DNA of 64,000 bases, taken from positions 1-64,000 of IMG/VR virus record IMGVR_UViG_2887863138_000003; one strand, written 5' to 3'. Shown here one piece after another: positions 37,935 to 48,203 of the stretch (positions are counted from its first letter, which is position 1; each line of letters begins with the position of its first letter). The notes under the pieces were generated by a model. It did no database searches, had not been told where the DNA came from, and worked only from the letters and a program-made list of their open reading frames with translations. The translations under genes and the position numbers were made by a program. This DNA is from a virus (lineage: Duplodnaviria; Caudoviricetes).

Positions 37935-38390
37935 TTACGCAATAAAATAGCTCTTGACTTCGCTCGCCTTTATGTCTTTCGCGTACTGTTCTTGTCTCGC
38001 CTTATTGCGTATCTTAGCGTTGTTATCTACGAATTGCATTTCGTAAGGGCTGCGTCTTCTGCGCGAAGGTTTCCGGTAAGAGATTCCGTCCGTCCCTGTA
38101 TCCTCTACTATTTTAAGCGAGGTCTCACCGCCCATACCGGAACCTCGTCGCTTGTGTTTTCCGAGTGTTCGGCGGGCGTATTGTGTCGCAGATAGGATCG
38201 GATATTCGTGGTGGGTCATTTTATGCTCGTCGTTGTCCGTAAGCTCCTCGTGTAGGATCGCGTCTGTCAAGCGTTCAAGTTCGGCGGGCTTAGGTCGGTC
38301 ACCAGTTTGTGAAATAAAATCGTCAATCCATGCGCTGATTGTTGCGATACGATCCATTCGTTCCATTCGGGTTAAAACTAACGTGTCCAT
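37935..38390 (-). CDS. Phage hypothetical protein
   Basis: RBS GGAGG; 151 aa; co-oriented. Confidence 0.7.
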   Translation of the reverse strand: MDTLVLTRMERMDRIATISAWIDDFISQTGDRPKPAELERLTDAILHEELTDNDEHKMTHHEYPILSATQYARRTLGKHKRRGSGMGGETSLKIVEDTGTDGISYRKPSRRRRSPYEMQFVDNNAKIRNKARQEQYAKDIKASEVKSYFIA

Positions 38391-38632
38391 TCGGATTCCT
38401 CCCCAGAAAGTAGATGCTTGATTGCGGTTTCAGCACTAGAAGAATCGTCGATCCCTCGGTAATTTGCAAACGTAAAAGTGCCGGTTAATGACGATCCATC
38501 CCTAAACCAAACGGAGGCACCCACTTCTTCACACGGGTACGTACGCTCAGAAATATAGAAAGGCTCCCTTCTCTTAGAGAAGTCAGTTTCTACCGTACGT
38601 TTAATGCTATGAATCAATATTTTATCTAACAT
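38378..38632 (-). CDS. Phage hypothetical protein
   Basis: RBS GAGGAGG; coupled to neighbours. Confidence 0.65.
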   Translation of the reverse strand: MLDKILIHSIKRTVETDFSKRREPFYISERTYPCEEVGASVWFRDGSSLTGTFTFANYRGIDDSSSAETAIKHLLSGEESEWTR

Positions 38633-39000
38633 TAAGCCGCCTCCTCACCGTAATTCCACGCCTCATAGATTGTCGCAACTTGATCTAATCCATTTCCTAC
38701 TAGTTGTCCTACGCGCTGTTTACTTACACCCATCGCCTGTCCAGTCTCAACCGTATATAACTCCCGTTCATACACGTAATACAACGCTTCACGCTCCCGA
38801 TCCGTCAGCCCCGCCCGTTCGATCGCCTCCGCCAAATCAATCAGCACGTCACACGCCGCGTAGTCGCCCCGTTCGAACCGGCTTGACCGTAAATGGTGGA
38901 TATCGCGTAGGATTGCGTGTACGCCGTCACGGTCATTTAACGCGTACCTTACGGAAAGATTTCGGTGCCCTTTTTCGATATCTACAGCACATGCGCCCAT
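38632..39000 (-). CDS. Sigma-70 region 4-type HTH protein, probable late-gene activator
   Basis: LTDREREALYYVY...TGQAMGVSKQRVGQLV. Confidence 0.72.
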   Translation of the reverse strand: MGACAVDIEKGHRNLSVRYALNDRDGVHAILRDIHHLRSSRFERGDYAACDVLIDLAEAIERAGLTDREREALYYVYERELYTVETGQAMGVSKQRVGQLVGNGLDQVATIYEAWNYGEEAA

Positions 39001-39757
39001 TAAGCCGCCTCCCTTAGTTGTGCAATCCGTTGGTTCGCGATATCAGCGTACTTTGACTCCGTTTCAAATCCGATAAATTTACGCCCGGCGCTTATTGCTG
39101 CTACCGCGGTTGTACCGGAGCCCATGCAGTTGTCGAGGACGATTTCGCCAGGATTCGTGTACGTTCGGATAAGGTATTCGAAAAGGGCAACGGGCTTCTG
39201 TGTTGGGTGGACTGATTCGTTACTGCTATTAGCATTGCTGAATGTCAATAGATTTTTTGGGTACCATTTGTCATAGACCTTTTCTTCGAGATTTGATTTC
39301 TCACCGCCCATGATTTCGGTCCGTTTATATTCTCTAGTTTTTCTTTTCTCAATCTTGTCGGGTGGACGTTCAACCATGATCGGGTAGTAATTAACCTTAC
39401 CCTTGCCAAAAACACATATATCCTCGGTTTGCTGCATAGGGCGGTGTTTGGCTACCAAATGCCCCCTAGCTGTCACTTTGTCCCATACCCATGAATACTG
39501 CTCATCACCAACGCGCTTGTAAACGGCTGGGTTGCCGTCAATATGATCGCCCCATTGTCCTTTATGATACGCTTGTATTGCTCCCACAACGTTTCAAACG
39601 GAATGACCGTGTCCCACTTGCACCGGGTCGTCCCATACGGTAGATCGCACAAGATCATATCTACGCTCCCATCCGGAATCATCCGCATCCCCTCGATACA
39701 ATCGCGCTGATATATCCGATTTAACTCGATCTCTCCGAGTAGTTTCTTTTCCGCCAT
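39000..39757 (-). pseudogene. N4/N6 DNA methyltransferase (beta class), frameshifted near 39500
   Basis: DCIEGM..DMILCDLPYG in one frame; WVWDK, HPTQKPVAL, VLDNCMGSGTT in another. Confidence 0.88.
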
Positions 39758-39889
39758 CAAACCGCCTCCTTCATTTCGCGTATGATACACGGTAATAAAC
39801 GCCTGCCTAACGCGCTTATTAACGGTATTATCTTCCAATCTACCGTTGAATGACGTATACTTGCGTTAAATAAACGGTTAACGATCGGA

Positions 39890-40300
39890 GTGAACACTAT
39901 GTCTTTCGTTGCTCACAATTTTTCTTACTCTGAATCCTTCGACTCTTATATCTCTTTAGATAAATTCAACCGTCTGTATTTATCGTACGGACTCCGCAAC
40001 AAACTTGGAATTGTTCCCGGCACGCCGTTCAAATGTCACGTGGGTTATGACCCAAAGACCGGCAATATCGGCCTTGCACGTCCGGGCGAAATCTCCGTAG
40101 ATGACTCGGTACAGCCGGCTATCTTCGACAGCAAACGTTACTACGCGGCCGTGACATCCTTTGTACGTAAGCATAACGTTCCCGTCGGCAAGTACCTGTA
40201 TATCGAACGTTCTAACAACTGGTACGCGTTCCGTCACAAAGAGCAGGAAGAACCTTCGTCCGCACCCTCTTCACCCAGACGCGGCCGTAAGAAATCGTAA
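39890..40300 (+). CDS. Hypothetical protein, possible AbrB/MraZ-like swapped-hairpin DNA-binding fold
   Basis: ISLDKFNRLYLSYGLRNKLGIVPG resembles the D..GR..IP..LR..LGI..G pattern; lone plus-strand gene. Confidence 0.5.
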   Translation: MNTMSFVAHNFSYSESFDSYISLDKFNRLYLSYGLRNKLGIVPGTPFKCHVGYDPKTGNIGLARPGEISVDDSVQPAIFDSKRYYAAVTSFVRKHNVPVGKYLYIERSNNWYAFRHKEQEEPSSAPSSPRRGRKKS

Positions 40301-40403
40301 GTAATCTCCGTTGAGGTAGCGTGGCGGCCATCCGTGTAACCAGCACGGTAGCCGTCCGCATATGCCTCGCGAACATAAGCAGGCCAGTCGGGTACGAACG
40401 GGT

Positions 40404-40502
40404 CTACTTGACGATCACCTTCACTATATCGAATATCCAGCCCATCACTACAAACACAAGAATTAAGAATACTATCGGGTTCTCGTTTGCAAACTTCCAC
40501 AT
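40404..40502 (-). CDS. Small membrane peptide, 32 aa (not in ORF track)
   Basis: AGGAGG RBS; MWKFANENPIVFLILVFVVMGWIFDIVKVIVK*. Confidence 0.62.
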   Translation of the reverse strand: MWKFANENPIVFLILVFVVMGWIFDIVKVIVK

Positions 40503-41047
40503 CAAACCGCCTCCTTATGCTTAACATCCCGCATCACGCAATCAATCTGCTGCCATAGGTCAAGGACTGATCCGTCATTGTACAAATCGTAGTCGACCTC
40601 GAACCAGTCGATATACTGTTCGGTCTCGTGGTGGAGATCAGCTTCCGTAAAGGTATCGCCAGCGTCCTCCATTCGTTTTAGTCGCGTCCCATCTTCGGCG
40701 TTAATACGGATAATAACGAATCCTTCATCGCGTAGACGGTCGTACTCGTTCATCTGGCGGAGGTCTGTAATTACTACGTCGAAAAGATGTGCTCGATTCA
40801 CTTCGCGCATGGTTCGCTTAATCCACACGTCAGGATCAATCGACCTCATCGCCTGCCCCACGCCTTGTAATAGCGCACGGGGCTTCTTGCTGTTAGCGAC
40901 TTGTTCGGGGAACAGCTCGTGACACACACTTTTTATGCCGTCACCGAATGCGAACGGTACGAAATCGTAATGTTCGACTAGGTAGGTCGCGACCGTATCC
41001 TTGCCCGATCTCATCTTTCCGGTAAGAGCGATTTTCACGTTAGGCAA
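40502..41047 (-). CDS. Deoxynucleoside monophosphate kinase
   Basis: IALTGKMRSGKDT P-loop, RALLQGVG, VITDLRQMNE, HHETE. Confidence 0.82.
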   Translation of the reverse strand: MPNVKIALTGKMRSGKDTVATYLVEHYDFVPFAFGDGIKSVCHELFPEQVANSKKPRALLQGVGQAMRSIDPDVWIKRTMREVNRAHLFDVVITDLRQMNEYDRLRDEGFVIIRINAEDGTRLKRMEDAGDTFTEADLHHETEQYIDWFEVDYDLYNDGSVLDLWQQIDCVMRDVKHKEAV

Positions 41048-42239
41048 CGGCAGTCACCTCCGTTTCTTGGTCGCGGGAGTCATCGATGATACGAAATTGT
41101 TTATCACCAATCCAACCGGAACTTTCTTTTGTTAAAAAGCAATTTTTACCGTAACGCTCATGATTGTAGCCCGTCACACGTTCTTTAAGCGTTAGCGCTC
41201 TACCTCCCAGCCGATGGGCCGTTGGATAAACAACGTCACCTACACGCGGCTCCGTAGGCTGTGGAGTGTTCAAGTAATCCGTGGGCACATCGAGGTCCAA
41301 CGCACGACGTAACGCAATAGCCTTGCCGATATGGGCGTTGAAGCAGTCGTCCGGCGAACACTTGGCGATACCACGAGCGTATATCCTTTCCGGGGTTACC
41401 GCGCCGCGAAGTAAGCAGACTATGGTTCTCTTTTCCTTGTTGACGATAAAATCAGCAGTCATCCCAAGATGTCCCTCAAGAAGGTAAATATCATCGCGTC
41501 CACGTAGATGCGGATTCCTTACATCGGTCATATCAGACCTTAGTTCTACCACGTCCACCTTGGCACGTTCCACGATCCCATCACGAGACTTATTCGTCAG
41601 AACTTCCATCATCTTATCCCGGGTCTCCTCGTTGTTAGGCGCACCCACGAATTTCGCCAGCTCCGCCTGTACGCTGTCCACGATCGCTTTAAGGATTTCG
41701 GAAGGAGACGATGAGGCTACGTTGACGGTTAGGTTTACGGTGATGTTATTCGTGGCCGGTTCGTCTAAAGGCGTTATAACTACGTATTCGCGGTGATAGA
41801 TAATCTGAGCATGTCCGGTTACAAGTACGCAGCCAAACACCTCCGGTACTTCCCTGATGGTCTGGACGCTCCCGTTTGCGTACAGTCCCTCAGCGTCTTC
41901 TGCCGCGACGATTAGAATACGTTCGCCGGCCTTAGCCTTTCGTTTCTCTTCGCGGTAACGTAAGCCGTCAACGTGGATAATATCAGTAGGTTCGAGGACT
42001 ACGTAATCGTCATGAGCTAGATTAAGCTCAGTGCCGTCACCCCACTTTCCGTCCACGTCTATAAAGAAAGACCCATATAACTTCGTAACTGTATAAACCT
42101 CGCCCTTTCGATATTCACCTAACATCACTCCCGCGTCCGCGATGATCTTTACTCGTTCACCAACGTTTGCCTCACGTTTAACCTCGCGATACTCACGCTT
42201 AACTCCGTTATCATCCGTCAAAATAGTTACATTCGTCAT
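41040..42239 (-). CDS. Phage protein with tandem KOW/SH3-like repeats and a C-terminal AKCSPDDCFNAHIGKAIALRRAL domain
   Basis: Repeats YREVKREANVGERVKI and YREEKRKAKAGERILI, each ending YVV(L/I). Confidence 0.7.
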   Translation of the reverse strand: MTNVTILTDDNGVKREYREVKREANVGERVKIIADAGVMLGEYRKGEVYTVTKLYGSFFIDVDGKWGDGTELNLAHDDYVVLEPTDIIHVDGLRYREEKRKAKAGERILIVAAEDAEGLYANGSVQTIREVPEVFGCVLVTGHAQIIYHREYVVITPLDEPATNNITVNLTVNVASSSPSEILKAIVDSVQAELAKFVGAPNNEETRDKMMEVLTNKSRDGIVERAKVDVVELRSDMTDVRNPHLRGRDDIYLLEGHLGMTADFIVNKEKRTIVCLLRGAVTPERIYARGIAKCSPDDCFNAHIGKAIALRRALDLDVPTDYLNTPQPTEPRVGDVVYPTAHRLGGRALTLKERVTGYNHERYGKNCFLTKESSGWIGDKQFRIIDDSRDQETEVTAVA

Positions 42240-42266
42240 ATACCGATCGCCCTCCGAAATTTTTAT

Positions 42267-43103
42267 TTAGGCTACGTCAAAGTACGGCGCTGTCCACGGC
42301 TCTGCTTTCGTGACCTCTTTACGTAATTGCTCGGCTAGTTCCGCAATCTCCCATTGAGCGCCGCGCCCCTCTCGTCGTTTGCTGTAGAAGTCGAGAAGGG
42401 CCCGAAGGTTCGCGGTCATAACTAGATTGGTTGCGGCCGCGTTCGGGAGTACCATTCGGGCATCTTCCGGCGGGACTCCTGCGCGACGTAAACGGTCGTA
42501 TACCGATTGCAGGGTGCTCATCGCATCTTCGAACTCTTCTACCGCCGTAATGTTTCGCCAGATGGCGTCACCAGTCTCTTCGTTAAATCCGATCAATCGA
42601 GTAGAATCCGTGTCCTTTCCGTTGAGTGTAGGCGGCACCACGTAATCAAATCCGCCAGTCTTATCGGAACTGCCCATCCGCACATAGCGTTGTGATTGGA
42701 CGGAGTAGCTAAAGCCGACCCGATGCCGTGTCAATTGCGCTAGGAGTGCGCGGGATACGCCCTCGATCGCGAATGTAAACGTTAAATGTTCCATAGTAGA
42801 CGTATGGCCTGAACGTGTGATGTGGCGGAACAGGCGGTCGGCTTCCGTACCACCTTCGCCGTCGGATGCGGTCTGGCCGAAATATTTGTCGCCTTCGAGA
42901 ACAACGATTTCGGACGGCTTGTTGGCGGAATAACACGTTCTGATTGCGGTGAGGGCTACGGCTTGGCCGTCAGTTGCGCCCCATCGGTCGTGTTGATTAC
43001 CTTCATATCCTAGGAATTCGTCAAGTATATCGAAGCTATTGTAAAACTCTTCGCTCAGTTGCGTATGCGAGATCAGCTTCACGGACATTTGCGTTTCTAC
43101 CAT
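42267..43103 (-). CDS. thyX: FAD-dependent thymidylate synthase
   Basis: GHTSTMEH, SRALLAQLTRHR..FSYSVQSQRY, EDARMVLPNA, AQWEI. Confidence 0.93.
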   Translation of the reverse strand: MVETQMSVKLISHTQLSEEFYNSFDILDEFLGYEGNQHDRWGATDGQAVALTAIRTCYSANKPSEIVVLEGDKYFGQTASDGEGGTEADRLFRHITRSGHTSTMEHLTFTFAIEGVSRALLAQLTRHRVGFSYSVQSQRYVRMGSSDKTGGFDYVVPPTLNGKDTDSTRLIGFNEETGDAIWRNITAVEEFEDAMSTLQSVYDRLRRAGVPPEDARMVLPNAAATNLVMTANLRALLDFYSKRREGRGAQWEIAELAEQLRKEVTKAEPWTAPYFDVA

Positions 43104-43693
43104 TACGCTGACACCCCCGTACTCCCAAAACCACCGGCTCCGCGTTCTGTCTCGCTTAATTCGTCCGCAACGATAAACTGCGCCTGCATTACCGGCAATA
43201 TCAATCCTTGGGCAACACGATCGCCATTACGTATTAGGTACGTTCCTACTGGATAATTGTGCCACCGTTCGCCTCGGACTAGCTCGCCGGATATCGTCCG
43301 TAAACACACAGTGATCGGATATTCGATTCGATAGTCTGTTGCAATCGTTTTGCCCTCTTTGAAGTCGTAATCGGAGTCATGGGCAATAAGTGGCTCTTTT
43401 TCCGTAATATTATCGAACATCATCGCGACTTCGCCCCGGTAGTCACTGTCGATAATACCGATACCGTTCGATTGCCGAAGCCCCGTATTAAGAGCGATGC
43501 CCGATCGCATGCACACTAACATCATGAAGCCCTCCGGTATTTCAAACGCGAGTCCTAACGGAACCTTTTTCGTCTCACCGGGCGAAATGGCTACGTCCTC
43601 AACCGCGACAAGATCGAAGCCGGCCGAGCCAGTCGTAGCGTACTGCGGAATTACTGCGTCCGGGTGCAGACGTTTGATTTTTACGGGGATCAT
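43103..43693 (-). CDS. dut: Trimeric dUTPase with an internal insertion
   Basis: AGFDL, RSG, GIIDSDYRGE, GDRVAQ, RGAGGFGSTG motifs. Confidence 0.92.
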   Translation of the reverse strand: MIPVKIKRLHPDAVIPQYATTGSAGFDLVAVEDVAISPGETKKVPLGLAFEIPEGFMMLVCMRSGIALNTGLRQSNGIGIIDSDYRGEVAMMFDNITEKEPLIAHDSDYDFKEGKTIATDYRIEYPITVCLRTISGELVRGERWHNYPVGTYLIRNGDRVAQGLILPVMQAQFIVADELSETERGAGGFGSTGVSA

Positions 43694-43798
43694 TCGGTAC
43701 CCTCCCTAAATTGAGCAATTTTTTAGAATATACAAATTTATCAATAATTGGTAACATAAATATCGACAAAAAATTTTACATAAAAGGAGTCGTTTCTG

Positions 43799-44074
43799 TT
43801 GAAAAACAAATTCTCAAAAATTCTTTCCGTCGTGGCACTTTCGACCCTTGTCTTTTCTCCAAGCGTTCTTGCCGCAGACAAAGTATGGAAAACAGTAACA
43901 TATGAAAAAGTATTACGTCATTGGTCGGGCAAGTTTGATCCTGAGATTAATTACGACAACGGGAAAGGATACTCAGGTAAACTTAAGCTTGTAAGCACAT
44001 CTTGCGATGTCAGAGACGCTGAAATCGAAGAATGTGATATCACCTATGAGGGATGGCTTTACTACCAATATTAA
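43799..44074 (+). CDS. Small secreted protein (moron) resembling the tail-fibre repeat domain
   Basis: Signal peptide ending SVLA; FDPEINYDNGKGYSGKLKL...ITYEGWL; own RBS AAAGGAG and downstream hairpin. Confidence 0.75.
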   Translation: MKNKFSKILSVVALSTLVFSPSVLAADKVWKTVTYEKVLRHWSGKFDPEINYDNGKGYSGKLKLVSTSCDVRDAEIEECDITYEGWLYYQY

Positions 44075-44177
44075 TAAGCTATAAAGCGCGAACCTCAGCT
44101 TATCATTAAAGGGATAGCTGAGGTCTTTTAATTTTACTTAGCTACGTCCCAGAATTTTATCTGAAATTCGGTCATCA

Positions 44178-44417
44178 TTACTTCGCCTCCTTAATAGATT
44201 CGTAGACTTCAAGAAGCTTTCGTTCAGCAAAATGCAAGCCAGCTCTATAGGCTTTCGTTTCCAAGTCGTCTGGTTCTCGTAGGATCACTCGATGGTGCTC
44301 CTCGTGTAGCTTATAAAGTGTATGAAATACGATATCGACTAACTGTTCACCAACCGTGGGTTTTCCTCGTAACATTTCGATTAACTCGCGTTGTTCATTC
44401 GTTGGGCCGTAGCTCAT
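44178..44417 (-). CDS. Phage hypothetical protein
   Basis: RBS GAGGTG; 79 aa. Confidence 0.55.
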   Translation of the reverse strand: MSYGPTNEQRELIEMLRGKPTVGEQLVDIVFHTLYKLHEEHHRVILREPDDLETKAYRAGLHFAERKLLEVYESIKEAK

Positions 44418-44679
44418 AGATTCATGACACCTCGAAATATGGTATGATGGAAAAAGTTAGTTTGTTTTACGGGACTAAAAAGTCTTACGCGACTGCAAAA
44501 ACCTTAGCGAATCTTACGGTACTTGGGGGTGTGTCTATGACGATTCTCAGTTTTTTTGTACCGGGAATTCAACTAGCTGTAGGTCTTTCCATGCTTCAGC
44601 TTGTAGCACAAGGCATTGCCATTAATATGACTCCAACCGCTAAGGGGTCGCGTAAAGCAAACTACTATCATCGTCTTTA

Positions 44680-46944
44680 CTACCGAACAGGACACGCCCC
44701 ACCCTCGCATGAATCCGCGCCCTCTAAATCGCTAGTTCCGTCCGTCTCGTACTTCGCTAGAATTGCCGGATCGAACGGCTTCATCTTGGTGCGTAGCTCC
44801 TCGTATTCCTCTTTCGTAATAGCCTCGTATGGCGCGAGTTGATACGTGCCGCCATCAAGTGCCAAGAACGATACGCCTACGAAATCGTCCCATCCGTCCC
44901 ACACCGTCTGCTCAACCGTTGCCCATTCGTCCGGCCTCACAGTAATCGTATTGGACGAATTGTGGTCGGTGTACGAACGTTGGAATCGGAAGTAAGTCTC
45001 GAATTGACGCGTTGCACTTACGTCATCTTTCGTTTCTAACGCGCCAGAAGCAACAGGAAAGTCGATGACCAACGTACGAGCGTTTGCGAGGCGTTCCGCT
45101 TCGGTGTCGCCCGGCGTTCCTACTTCGGGATTCACCGTCCAGCCGAGCTCCTGCGCTACCTTAACGAGTGGATCGGACGCGTTGATACGGATACGTCGAA
45201 TGTAGTACGGGCTGTGCGACCAGTGTAGACCGGAAGATACGCCGCCAGCTAATTGCGAGATGGTGCCCTCCGGCTTGACCGTTGTCACGAGTAAGGGCGC
45301 GTTCACCCGGAGTTCCTTCGCATAGGACTCCGCCTCGTTATTCGCTACGGTGCCGAGGAGTTCGAGTAAATCACGTTCTTGTCGTTCGCTATAGTTAACG
45401 GCTGCCATCGCGTCTTTCCATCCGGTTAGTGACGCGCCGAGAAGCCTGTCACGCTGTTGTATCGCGTCCCAATGTGGCAATTCGAGTGTTACGAGAGTCA
45501 TTCGTAAGCCTGCGCGGGCGGAGCGTCGTTGAGCTTGTAGGAGTGTAGAGATGTCGAGTTTACCGTCGCGAACGAACTGCATAACGTTGACCGTCGTTAA
45601 GTTGCAGACCCCATATGAATCGAGCAGTATTTCCGCGCAGGGATTAAGCCCTTCGGCGTTCGGCCGTCTTCTTCGCGCCTCTTCCAGATTGATAAACCCG
45701 GGTTCGCCTTCCGATTGCATGATCGTAAACACTAGATTCAAAAACTCGCGACTAGGTTTCGTTTCGAACGCGATAGAGTTATTCGATAGTCTCCGATGAT
45801 CAAGTCCGAACCGTCCGTCTCCCACCTTCGCAATAGAGTCGAACCACCCCGGCTTTTGTCCGATAGCCTCTAGCATTTCACCTACCTTACGATGATGCGC
45901 GAGTTGATCCTCCGTCCACACGCCGTTGATGCCGTACTTTGCAAGCAGGCACTCGTAGTCGTCCGCGTCAAAGAGAAATATTTCGGCTGTTCTGCGCACG
46001 CCCCCGACCACTACGTTAGCTCCGATAAGATTGCCGATATCGAGAATGTGGATCGGACGTACGCGGTTGTAGACTGGAATATGGCCCGAGCCCACTGGTA
46101 TCTTGATTAGTCGTTGGTCTTTCTTCAACGGAGCCAGCGAAGGATCAATCTGATTCTTTAACACGCGGTCAATCCCCGCAAACATCTCCGCAAGGGGTTC
46201 GTGGCCCGATGCCGTCCCTCCGAATCGTCTCAGACGTTCACCTTTCGGACGAACCGAGTTGTACGAAATTTTAACGGTGTGGACCGATTCGTATTGCGGC
46301 TCCGTTAAGACTTCGAAATAGGCTCGGAGGGCTTCGACCCATCCTTCTTTACTGTCGCCCACGTAGACTTTCACGTAGCCGTTATCGAGTTCGGTTACCT
46401 TTGTTCGTTCCAATCGTCGGTTTACGGGAACAGGTTCGTAGGGTGCGTTGATTAGCGTTGTATTTGTACGGATTGGCGCTAACCCTGCCGCAAACTTCTT
46501 CGTACACTTGAATCCGACGCCTGTACCGATCATTAACAAGTAGAACAGGTCGCCTAAATCCGACCACGATCGAATGTTAATGAAGGAGCAATTAAAATTC
46601 GCGAGAGGGTACTTATCCGCGATTCCACTTTCGGCGCCCCCGACCCACAACGTCCGCCCACTCAGGAATTGACGTAGATTGAACATTCCGTCGAAGAACG
46701 ACTCGGCTTCGGCCTGTAAACTCGCGTAAGGTACCGTATAGCCGATCTTTTCATAATGCTTTACCGCGAGACCGAAATTGTACTCCGTAGCACGGCGGCA
46801 TGTTTCTTTCCACGTCTCACGGCGACCAATTTCGGGCAGCCACCGTGAATATGTCCGGTAATATGCGAACTTGCCGAGCTCGTTCATGTGTTTGGGAAAG
46901 TCCGGGTACGTCTCTATAAATTCATCCGTTAGCAATTGAGTCAA
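44680..46944 (-). CDS. nrdJ: Class II (B12-dependent, monomeric RTPR-type) ribonucleotide reductase
   Basis: [41 protein letters not shown]-terminal CEGGACPVR. Confidence 0.93.
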   Translation of the reverse strand: MTQLLTDEFIETYPDFPKHMNELGKFAYYRTYSRWLPEIGRRETWKETCRRATEYNFGLAVKHYEKIGYTVPYASLQAEAESFFDGMFNLRQFLSGRTLWVGGAESGIADKYPLANFNCSFINIRSWSDLGDLFYLLMIGTGVGFKCTKKFAAGLAPIRTNTTLINAPYEPVPVNRRLERTKVTELDNGYVKVYVGDSKEGWVEALRAYFEVLTEPQYESVHTVKISYNSVRPKGERLRRFGGTASGHEPLAEMFAGIDRVLKNQIDPSLAPLKKDQRLIKIPVGSGHIPVYNRVRPIHILDIGNLIGANVVVGGVRRTAEIFLFDADDYECLLAKYGINGVWTEDQLAHHRKVGEMLEAIGQKPGWFDSIAKVGDGRFGLDHRRLSNNSIAFETKPSREFLNLVFTIMQSEGEPGFINLEEARRRRPNAEGLNPCAEILLDSYGVCNLTTVNVMQFVRDGKLDISTLLQAQRRSARAGLRMTLVTLELPHWDAIQQRDRLLGASLTGWKDAMAAVNYSERQERDLLELLGTVANNEAESYAKELRVNAPLLVTTVKPEGTISQLAGGVSSGLHWSHSPYYIRRIRINASDPLVKVAQELGWTVNPEVGTPGDTEAERLANARTLVIDFPVASGALETKDDVSATRQFETYFRFQRSYTDHNSSNTITVRPDEWATVEQTVWDGWDDFVGVSFLALDGGTYQLAPYEAITKEEYEELRTKMKPFDPAILAKYETDGTSDLEGADSCEGGACPVR

Positions 46945-47107
46945 TCCGCGTCATCTCCCTTTCGATATCGTTTATCGCGTTAATTATCGTTTGCCTGCGT
47001 AATTTTAGCGCTAGACATCTTCGTTCACTGACGATTAGGCTCTCGTTTACGTCCTCTAGCTCATCATGTAGGTAACGGAGTGATCGTTCAATGTGGGTTT
47101 CTTTCAT
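46922..47107 (-). CDS. Small coiled-coil hypothetical protein
   Basis: Coupled to neighbours. Confidence 0.55.
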   Translation of the reverse strand: MKETHIERSLRYLHDELEDVNESLIVSERRCLALKLRRQTIINAINDIEREMTRIDSIANG

Positions 47108-47298
47108 TTATTCTCAGGCATTTTCGAAAAGAATACTTTACTCACAATGCCAACTAAGAGGAGTAAAGCTAACCCTTGCGAGAATGCGAATTCGATGCCG
47201 AAGATACCACCAACAAATACGGACGTTACCCATCCCATGACTAAATACCATAACACCTCACTCAAAATAAACACAGCGATTGACAGATGCTGTTTCAT
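47104..47298 (-). CDS. Small membrane protein
   Basis: Two TM helices, RBS. Confidence 0.6.
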   Translation of the reverse strand: MKQHLSIAVFILSEVLWYLVMGWVTSVFVGGIFGIEFAFSQGLALLLLVGIVSKVFFSKMPENK

Positions 47299-47484
47299 TT
47301 AGGTTCCCTCCTTTAGGCATTCGTGGCCTATTAGATAGCACATTACCAGAATAAATATAGTTATTGCGGTGATAGGGTACTCCCCCGCTGAGTACACTAC
47401 AATCAAACTTGCTGTGAGGCAAGCAGTCGCCCCTATAAGTAACGCTACGAGGACAAGAAAACCCATGACAATCTTTTTGAGCAT
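47299..47484 (-). CDS. Small membrane protein
   Basis: Two TM helices, RBS GGGAGG. Confidence 0.6.
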   Translation of the reverse strand: MLKKIVMGFLVLVALLIGATACLTASLIVVYSAGEYPITAITIFILVMCYLIGHECLKEGT

Positions 47485-47496
47485 CGAGAAGCCTCC

Positions 47497-47718
47497 CTAC
47501 TCTGTGCCGTTTTCAATTACCTCTAGTACCTTTCTAGCCCATACCCTGTCTTGTTCTTTGATCTCCTCCGACAAGGCACTATAAGGAATCCAATATGCCT
47601 GCCATCTCTCCCTACGTTCTAGTGACACTTCATGCGCGACTGATTTGGACCACTTAACCCATTGTTCGTGTTCTAGGTCTGCCAGTTTTTCTATAATCTC
47701 TTTTGTCAAAACACTCAC
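47497..47718 (-). CDS. Phage hypothetical protein (LADLEHEQW..W family)
   Basis: EKLADLEHEQWVKW...PYSALSEEIKEQDR, a pattern common in Firmicute phages. Confidence 0.65.
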   Translation of the reverse strand: MSVLTKEIIEKLADLEHEQWVKWSKSVAHEVSLERRERWQAYWIPYSALSEEIKEQDRVWARKVLEVIENGTE

Positions 47719-47897
47719 CTCTCCTCATCTAATCCAAAGATAAATCGACCCACAAAATAACCAGCTATTAGCACGACGATACTCACGGGAATGCCTATTA
47801 GAAGCGACCCAAATACCCAAGAGGCTAGGCTAACCATCAGGAAGACCACGAACCCAACAGCGATTAAGAACACTAGGCCTGCCAAAGTAACTATGAG
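47715..47897 (-). CDS. Small 2-TM protein (not in ORF track), start uncertain
   Basis: GGGAGG then LIVTLAGLVFLIAVGFVVFLMVSLASWVFGSLLIGIPVSIVVLIAGYFVGRFIFGLDEER*. Confidence 0.55.
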   Translation of the reverse strand, partial: LIVTLAGLVFLIAVGFVVFLMVSLASWVFGSLLIGIPVSIVVLIAGYFVGRFIFGLDEER

Positions 47898-47912
47898 ATG
47901 GTTTGCCTCCCA

Positions 47913-48203
47913 TCAAACCGCCTCCCACACTTTGACCATTTTTTCTACTTGATGTACTTCAACGCATTCGACTTCATTCTCGTATTCCCATGGTGCCTCG
48001 TCCTGACACTCTGTTGCTCCGACACTATAGCCCGTGGAATAATATTTTCCATCGGTCCATTTGAAGATAATGTCGTGGTATATAGACCATCTTGATTGGT
48101 CGACAATTTGATCTAGAATTACTTCCACTCCGTCGTAACCTTCCCATGGAAGCCCATATTCTTTTAACTCTTCCGTTCTGAAATTAACTTTTGCCATAAT
48201 CAA
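47913..48203 (-). CDS. Phage hypothetical protein
   Basis: SRWSIYHDIIFK..DGKYY..YSVGATECQDE.PW. Confidence 0.65.
   Translation of the reverse strand: MIMAKVNFRTEELKEYGLPWEGYDGVEVILDQIVDQSRWSIYHDIIFKWTDGKYYSTGYSVGATECQDEAPWEYENEVECVEVHQVEKMVKVWEAV

Noticed and set aside
40234-40527. Track ORF of 97 aa (-)
   Set aside because: The RBS points to a different frame (40404-40502, hydrophobic peptide); the remainder overlaps the plus-strand gene
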